Source: a virus
Virus record (IMG/VR): IMGVR_UViG_3300010224_000001
Location: 96,001 to 160,000 of that record
Reading direction: 5' to 3' (one strand)
Length of the DNA stretch: 64,000 bases
Under the pieces are notes generated by a model that was not told the DNA's origin, ran no database searches, and was given only the letters and a program-made list of their open reading frames with translations. Within the stretch, counting starts at the first letter, position 1; each line of letters opens with the position of its first letter. A program made the translations under genes and the position numbers. Shown here one piece after another: positions 57,949-64,000 of the stretch.

Positions 57949-60042
57949 TTAGTGATACAGGCTGATCAGGATGAAGTCCTGGTTGATGTTACCTTTGGTG
58001 ATCTCGAAGATACGACCATCTTTGGTACGCACCAGATGACGCGACGTGCCCCAGCCCAGTTGCTCGGAAGATTCCAGGATGTTGCGCGCCAGACCCAGCA
58101 GCGAGATTTGGAAATCCTTCAGCAGCACATTGCCGACACCTTCCACACCAGCCACTTGCAGATCGTGCGACAGCACTTCCAGGAAAGTGATGCTGTAGGT
58201 CGATGCCACTAGCGTAATTTCCGGTTTCTTTTCGACGTCTTCGAACGTATCGGCGATGATGTTGCCGGTCAGTGCTTTGTAGACATCGGTTTCACGATCC
58301 ACCGTCTGGAACAGATTGGCGATTTCTTGACGCTGATCCTTCAGGAAGGCTTTCTCGATGTGTTCACCGAAGGTATCACGCAGCCAGGTGGTCAGCTTTT
58401 CCAGATCGTTGACGAAGTCTTCCACCGTTACCGTATCAGCCGTGATCGACATGCGATTACGCAGGATATGGTTGATGTGATTCGTCATGCGCATGTTGAC
58501 CATCGTGACCAGTTCCGGCGAGCAGTACTCGCTGGCAGCCTTCAGTTCTTCACGCAGAGCGATGTAAGAAGCACAGCGAGCAAATACTTCCACTTGCTCA
58601 GTCTCATCTTCCCAGCCCAGGATCGGTTCAGCCACTTTCACGAACCCGCGATAGATGACCGGCTTGCTTTCGTGCAGGCGCAGCATTTCGGCACGCAGCG
58701 TGAGGATCGCCATTTCCAGGTTGGTATCGTGCAGCAGCTTCGGTTTGGTCAGGACAGTCGGTTTGTCTTCCGTTGCCTCGTCCATCTCGCTCTTGATCTT
58801 TGCCACACCCACATCGACACGCGCCATCACTTGCTTGTTGTCTTTTGCCAGATTCAGACCCGGCAGAGGTTTACCAAACAAGCTTGCCACAGCATGGCGG
58901 TCGTAATCGATCATGTTGATACCACTTTGATGAATTTCCGGCACAGTCGAGCCGTCTGGTTGGATCTTGAAGTAGAGGTTGAATTGAACCGGGTTGAACG
59001 CCGGAGGATATGCCAGCTCAGGATGATTGAGCGACATACGCCAGCCAGCTTCGTCCGGAGTTTTGAGCGATGGATCAACCGGGATCGCCGTGCCATTTTG
59101 GTTCATCGGAATTTCCTTTCCTTGTGCAGGACCGAACTGAGTCGGTTGAGTAGGTTGATGTGCGGAAGCGCTTTGTTGGAACGGCGGAACTAACGTCGAA
59201 CCAGGATGTGCAGTGACGCGTTGTTGCTGTACTTGTTGCGTTTGCATCTGCTGCGGTTGTTGCGACGGTGCTGCGCCACCATAATCGCGACCACCGGATG
59301 CCGTGCGTACTTGCGGTCCATAACCAGGCCCAGCAGCCATGGTATTGACACCGCCATTTGCTTGTTGATACGCACTGCCACCTGCAGTGAAAGGCATGTG
59401 ACCTTGCACTCGGTTGACTTGACCCTGCGGCATGTAACCACCACCCATCGGTTGCATGCCCATCGGCATCATACCTGGCTGCATCTGCGGTTGATACATG
59501 ACAGGTTGACCAATCGGCATGTTTGCCATGTTCGCGGTATCTTGACGCATGCGCAGGATACGACCCATCAGCTGCTGATAGTTATTGACTTGCACGTTGA
59601 CAGACGGACGGTCGTTTTCGTTGATGCAAAACCACAGTGCCGGGAAGTCTGCCAGGCAGCCATACACGCGAATGCGCAGGAAGTTAACCACACCATCACG
59701 GACGATGTGTTCGACTTGATGCGGGGGCGGTTGCCAGGTCTGATTCTCGATATAGATGTAATCGACGATGTCCTGAATCAGGCCAGCAAACTGCTGATTA
59801 CGCCAACCATTATCGCTCATCATGTTGTACAGGAACACCGACAACGGACCTTGTTGGGTATTCACCATCAACGTTTCCATTGCCAGACCTGTTGCCAGCT
59901 GAACATACGGCATCATCCACTGCACCGTTTGCACACCACCGACGTTAATCGGAAGGTTGTTATAGTTCACCTGGAAGAACGGATTGGTGATCTGGTTCGT
60001 ACTGAACGGGATCGTGTTTTGTTGATTATAATTAGGATTCAT
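57949..60042 (-). CDS. hypothetical protein with Q/M/P/G-rich low-complexity linker
   Basis: 697 aa ORF downstream of the nvRNAP subunit gene. Confidence 0.75.
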   Translation of the reverse strand: MNPNYNQQNTIPFSTNQITNPFFQVNYNNLPINVGGVQTVQWMMPYVQLATGLAMETLMVNTQQGPLSVFLYNMMSDNGWRNQQFAGLIQDIVDYIYIENQTWQPPPHQVEHIVRDGVVNFLRIRVYGCLADFPALWFCINENDRPSVNVQVNNYQQLMGRILRMRQDTANMANMPIGQPVMYQPQMQPGMMPMGMQPMGGGYMPQGQVNRVQGHMPFTAGGSAYQQANGGVNTMAAGPGYGPQVRTASGGRDYGGAAPSQQPQQMQTQQVQQQRVTAHPGSTLVPPFQQSASAHQPTQPTQFGPAQGKEIPMNQNGTAIPVDPSLKTPDEAGWRMSLNHPELAYPPAFNPVQFNLYFKIQPDGSTVPEIHQSGINMIDYDRHAVASLFGKPLPGLNLAKDNKQVMARVDVGVAKIKSEMDEATEDKPTVLTKPKLLHDTNLEMAILTLRAEMLRLHESKPVIYRGFVKVAEPILGWEDETEQVEVFARCASYIALREELKAASEYCSPELVTMVNMRMTNHINHILRNRMSITADTVTVEDFVNDLEKLTTWLRDTFGEHIEKAFLKDQRQEIANLFQTVDRETDVYKALTGNIIADTFEDVEKKPEITLVASTYSITFLEVLSHDLQVAGVEGVGNVLLKDFQISLLGLARNILESSEQLGWGTSRHLVRTKDGRIFEITKGNINQDFILISLYH

Positions 60043-60088
60043 CTCTTGTTATTTCCTTTCTAAGTTTCCGTAATCTAGTGCACGCTAG

Positions 60089-61744
60089 TTACGGAAGGTC
60101 AATCCACTGTTGAATGCTGTTAAACAGTGGGATGAATCTCGGATCACGCTGAACCACGTTTTCCATGTCAAGCGACAGGTACAGGCTCAGCCTGAACCAA
60201 CCAGACGGCTGGCTCTTCGGAAGGTTTGCGTATGCGCCCACTTCCGCAATCGATACGTGCAGTTGATTGATCGGGTCCGAGAGTTGCAGACTATTGTGCC
60301 CCTTGGACTTCTTACTTGAGGCTTGCTGCGGTACTACCAACGACGTAATCTTCAGTGCTTTGTTATCCCCAGGATAGCTATTGGTCGAGACGGAACCAAC
60401 GTTCTTGTGGATGTTGTAAATCAAGCCAGGCTTAATCGACGAGGTAAAGGCACTGATGATTTCCTTCTCTTCCAGATTGGGCTTCTCCGACAACTTCATC
60501 ATCTTAAAGCCGAGTTCCACAATGGCTCTACTGATGTCATACAAGACAAAGTAGTTAACGTTCAACTCTTTATCGTACATGCTGGACAGTTGGCCAGAAC
60601 CTTTCAACAGCAATTCATCGAAACGTTCTGTGAGAATAGCAAACAGCTGATACACGTTATCCACATGCATGTCGATGTTTGCCAACTGGTCTTGCATAAT
60701 CGCGTCGATATACTCATCCAGCGAACGCATGTGGTCGTCCATTTCTTTGAGCAGCTTACCGAGCGAGGTCGTGCCAGGTGCTACGATGTAACCGAGCAGA
60801 CGAATCCAGATCAGCGTCTTATCAAAGTCCGCTACATTCTTCATCTGTTCTGGGAACAAATCCAACAGGTAATACAAACCACCGATCATCTTCTCAACCA
60901 TCGGCGTAGTTTCGCTCTTACGCACAGCTACGCGGATTGCAGGAGGTTCGTAGAACAGACGATCATTGCGCCCCGAAGGTGGCTGACCGCTGATCACACG
61001 CGAACTCATGAAGATGTTCCAATCACTGGCTGGATACTTCTCAGTCGTGATCGATTGTGCGTCACCCACGATCGGTGTGCAGTTGGCAAACAGCTGGAAA
61101 GCAGCCGACAAGCCATACTTGCAGAACAGATAGTGAGGCATGGTCGAATGTGCGTTGACACGATTCGGGTCGTTCCGATCTTTGACGATCTGCTTTTGGT
61201 AAATCTTAGAGAACACCACATGGGTCGAATGATCTTGACCATTCATTAAGTAGTGTTGACTCATGCGAAGCACCATGAAGCGAGTCTTGATCAGACGCAC
61301 AAACACAGTCTTAGGCAGGATCGAAATCACGCGGTCTGCTAACACCGGAGAGATGGTGTATCGGCTACCACTGATTTTGATATGCCCGCCATCGGTGACA
61401 TACGGCAAGAACATGTAACGTGGAGGCAGATCTTTACCTTTCCACTTGAACGTGTACATCATCATGCGCAGATACGATTCCGCGATATCATAAGTGCTCT
61501 TATTGTTCTTCCGAGCATTCTTCTGATTCTTAGGTTTAGTAATCTGTCTCAGTTCCTCCGATGGAAGGCAAGGACGAAATCCAGTATACTCCAGACCAGG
61601 TGGAAAACTCCTGGAAATCGCCTTGAACAGCATATGGACATACTTGTCAGCCACAGGAATCTGTGAAGTTGCAAAACCGTCGGCTAAGACAGGATTGAAC
61701 TTTGGCATTGTTTCACGAATATGCTCTCGTAATGCTGGATCCAT
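60089..61744 (-). CDS. non-virion RNA polymerase beta subunit, N-terminal part (phiKZ gp123-like)
   Basis: LPYVTDGGHIKISGSRYTISPV resembles RpoB region B (P.MT..G.F.I.G..RV); synteny downstream of the capsid gene. Confidence 0.8.
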   Translation of the reverse strand: MDPALREHIRETMPKFNPVLADGFATSQIPVADKYVHMLFKAISRSFPPGLEYTGFRPCLPSEELRQITKPKNQKNARKNNKSTYDIAESYLRMMMYTFKWKGKDLPPRYMFLPYVTDGGHIKISGSRYTISPVLADRVISILPKTVFVRLIKTRFMVLRMSQHYLMNGQDHSTHVVFSKIYQKQIVKDRNDPNRVNAHSTMPHYLFCKYGLSAAFQLFANCTPIVGDAQSITTEKYPASDWNIFMSSRVISGQPPSGRNDRLFYEPPAIRVAVRKSETTPMVEKMIGGLYYLLDLFPEQMKNVADFDKTLIWIRLLGYIVAPGTTSLGKLLKEMDDHMRSLDEYIDAIMQDQLANIDMHVDNVYQLFAILTERFDELLLKGSGQLSSMYDKELNVNYFVLYDISRAIVELGFKMMKLSEKPNLEEKEIISAFTSSIKPGLIYNIHKNVGSVSTNSYPGDNKALKITSLVVPQQASSKKSKGHNSLQLSDPINQLHVSIAEVGAYANLPKSQPSGWFRLSLYLSLDMENVVQRDPRFIPLFNSIQQWIDLP

Positions 61745-61775
61745 GTAAGACTTCCTCTTATTAGTTTTTAATCAA

Positions 61776-62948
61776 TCAAGTTTTGGCAGGTTCAGGCTTG
61801 AAAGCTTTGACTGCCATGAGTACTGTACCAATCGCTGTGAGAATCACAGGTAGGTACTTGACCATATCGCTTGTTTCTTTGCGATCAATTGAACGACGAT
61901 GATATCCTTCATCAATCCGCATGCGTTCCAAATCCATCAAACGCTTCAGATTGTCTTCAGTATCCTTTAGTCGTCTTTGATGGCTTTCTCTCTCCATTTC
62001 AGATTCACGATTTTTCCTTTCTAGTTCGGCTTGCAGTCGATCGAACTCACTCTTCTCACGTCCCATCTGCAACTGAAGAAGTTTATTCTCGTGCTGCAAT
62101 TTCTCCAACTCTTCTTTTCGATGTAAATTGGGATCGCCATAAGTTTTGGCATGCTCGTAATTTTTATACAAACCTAACCGCTCTTCGGCTTCCCCAAACT
62201 CATACACCTCAGTGATTATTTCATTTGTAGCAATTCTACCGTGCGCAGGCTTGGTGGAAATCACATAGATACCATCTGGTCGCGTATCGCGTTTCGGCGT
62301 AATCATAAACACTTGATTACAGATCGATACAAAGCGCTCACCATGTTTACCGAGCGAATCCACAATCTCAATCATGAACACCATGCCTCGATCGTTTTGA
62401 AACGATTGAGCATAGTTCTCCGTCTGCTCTTTCTTACCAACCAAACTATGCGGATGGTTAGGGATCTCACACCCGTCACCATATGCAAATACACAATCTA
62501 AGTCATGGTGGTAAAAAATGTTTCCAACATCTTGAATATCCTTTTGCAAGAAGTAATATTCGTAGGTGATACGGATGTCACGTTGCATCCTGTTAAGGTT
62601 CTGATAAAGGTGAAAGAACGCTTCACGAATCTCTTGTAACTCTAGAGAATGCTCAGGCGTCACAGTGGAAAGAAACTCCGCAACAGCGGGAAGGTTTTCA
62701 CGTAAGAAAGTATACTCGTGGCGAACGATAAATTCGTAATCTCCAGTAGACTGATTAATCTCACGGCGTCTACCGTTTATTACTGGGAACGTCACTACCA
62801 GACCCGAACGCTTACGCATTTTCACTTCCTGTGAAAAATTGTTGATGTAAGTCGTACGTTGGGTAAACACACTGTCTGGCTCGATTGCTCCGGCTCGAAT
62901 ATTCGCGACGCGTACACGACCGTAGTGAGTAATCAGGTCTCGGGTCAT
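61776..62948 (-). CDS. hypothetical protein with coiled coil and C-terminal hydrophobic helix (phiKZ gp122-like position)
   Basis: 390 aa ORF between capsid and nvRNAP genes. Confidence 0.7.
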   Translation of the reverse strand: MTRDLITHYGRVRVANIRAGAIEPDSVFTQRTTYINNFSQEVKMRKRSGLVVTFPVINGRRREINQSTGDYEFIVRHEYTFLRENLPAVAEFLSTVTPEHSLELQEIREAFFHLYQNLNRMQRDIRITYEYYFLQKDIQDVGNIFYHHDLDCVFAYGDGCEIPNHPHSLVGKKEQTENYAQSFQNDRGMVFMIEIVDSLGKHGERFVSICNQVFMITPKRDTRPDGIYVISTKPAHGRIATNEIITEVYEFGEAEERLGLYKNYEHAKTYGDPNLHRKEELEKLQHENKLLQLQMGREKSEFDRLQAELERKNRESEMERESHQRRLKDTEDNLKRLMDLERMRIDEGYHRRSIDRKETSDMVKYLPVILTAIGTVLMAVKAFKPEPAKT

Positions 62949-63029
62949 AAAAGCGCTTTCTAGGAAATTATCATTAGTGCCTATATTTGTCTGCGATTAG
63001 TTTCTTGTATACTAATCACAATCTCATTA

Positions 63030-63050
63030 AGATGATATATGCCTGAAAGT
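63030..63050 (-). promoter_or_regulatory. putative early phage promoter for the nvRNAP operon
   Basis: minus strand ACTTTCAGGCATATATCATCT. Confidence 0.6.
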
Positions 63051-63075
63051 TTTTTGATCAAAAAACAAAATGAGG

Positions 63076-63195
63076 GCATAGAGCAATACCTCTCCTCCCA
63101 GCCTTGCGGCCAGGAGGAGAGTCAAGCCCCAATGCTTTAGCTACAGAAGAATAGCTTACAGCCATGGCCTGCCTCCGAAGAGGCAGGCTTGGTTG
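63076..63195 (-). terminator. two stem-loops downstream of the major capsid gene
   Basis: GCCTGCCTC-CGAA-GAGGCAGGC and CTCTCCTCC...GGAGGAGAG. Confidence 0.65.
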
Positions 63196-63212
63196 CTCAG
63201 TTCCCTACCAGA

Positions 63213-64000
63213 TTACACGCTATGCATGTTGATCGGCAGTTTGCTGTCGACGACGTCGCTGATACCGGTCACGGTGATGCGACCCAGGACCGGCAGGTTG
63301 ACATGGTGACGGAACGACGGCGACACCGTGATCTCTTTCGAGTACGAACCATCACGGGCGGTCGGCAGAACCACGGTCAGTTCCGGACGATATTGCATCG
63401 TACCGAAATGCAGCACGTTCGGGACACCAGCTTCAGCCGTGGTGAAGTCACCGAAGGTCACGAAGATCTTACCACGCATCTTGATGTTGGTGGTGGAGAC
63501 GATCTTGACCGGGAAGTGATCACCCAGCGTACGCAGGTCACCAGTCACCGTCAGGTAACGAGCGATCTCTTGGTCCGTCGCGATGATGACGGTCGGCGGA
63601 GCCGACATGCCACCGTTCTGCGAGTCAGCAGCCGGTTTGTAGCCCGAGTTCTGATACATCTCGTAAGCCATGTCACGGATCATGTTGACCAGCGAGGCTT
63701 GGATGTCAGCAGCACGTTCGTGCGACTTCACCGAGTCGATCACAGCCGGAGCATCGTAGGTGCGATCATCGAACTGCGGATCAACCAGCCAACGAGCCAG
63801 ACCCAGGACTTCGATAGTGTCACCAGCGCGAGCTTGCGTACCAACGATGCTCTTCAGGATGTCGGCGGTTGCCAGCAGCTTGTCCACAGCAGCGTTCGAG
63901 GTACGGACGTGCGTGGTGAAGATCAGTGCGTTCAGGTCGCGAGCGTCGTTAGCATCACCAGCCGAGTGCGGACGCGGCACCGTGATCGGCGACAGCAGGT
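63213..64000 (-). CDS. major capsid protein, C-terminal part (phiKZ gp120-like); runs off the window
   Basis: frame open to window end; VIIATD..IARYL...GDLRTLG, HFG.M...PEL, V.P.F.H.VNLP motifs; strongly biased codon usage. Confidence 0.85.
   Translation of the reverse strand, partial: LLSPITVPRPHSAGDANDARDLNALIFTTHVRTSNAAVDKLLATADILKSIVGTQARAGDTIEVLGLARWLVDPQFDDRTYDAPAVIDSVKSHERAADIQASLVNMIRDMAYEMYQNSGYKPAADSQNGGMSAPPTVIIATDQEIARYLTVTGDLRTLGDHFPVKIVSTTNIKMRGKIFVTFGDFTTAEAGVPNVLHFGTMQYRPELTVVLPTARDGSYSKEITVSPSFRHHVNLPVLGRITVTGISDVVDSKLPINMHSV

Noticed and set aside
58327-61249. Long + strand ORFs (288, 285, 308 aa)
   Set aside because: Antisense shadows of the 697 aa gene and the nvRNAP subunit gene
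1-64000. tRNA or rRNA genes
   Set aside because: No cloverleaf or T-loop signature recognised in the short intergenic regions; a tRNA scan was not run

Overview
This is a segment of a phiKZ-like (Chimalliviridae-type) jumbo phage genome, identified from motifs and gene order recalled from phiKZ/SPN3US without any database search. Core genes include the 3' part of the major capsid gene, a non-virion RNAP beta-N subunit, portal, baseplate proteins, RuvC, SbcC, central spike plus PAAR tip, RNase H, UvsX and a virion RNAP beta-C subunit. A roughly 12 kb leftward block of small accessory genes (35.7-47.6 kb) follows a putative early promoter. The most unusual region is 25.8-34.5 kb. It holds a duplicated adaptor + fibre module whose P/G/N/T/Y-rich fibres have matched outgoing and returning repeat arms ending in variable, mostly Cys-closed knobs. 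The two copies bracket a prolyl-hydroxylase-type 2OG-Fe(II) oxygenase and two paralogous DUF6065-like proteins, which I propose as a fibre modification system. Other points of interest are a GIY-YIG endonuclease fused in frame to RNase H across an A6 run, a tandem RNAP alpha-CTD-like protein, an Rmf-like protein, and a family of intergenic hairpins closed by CATA...TATG.
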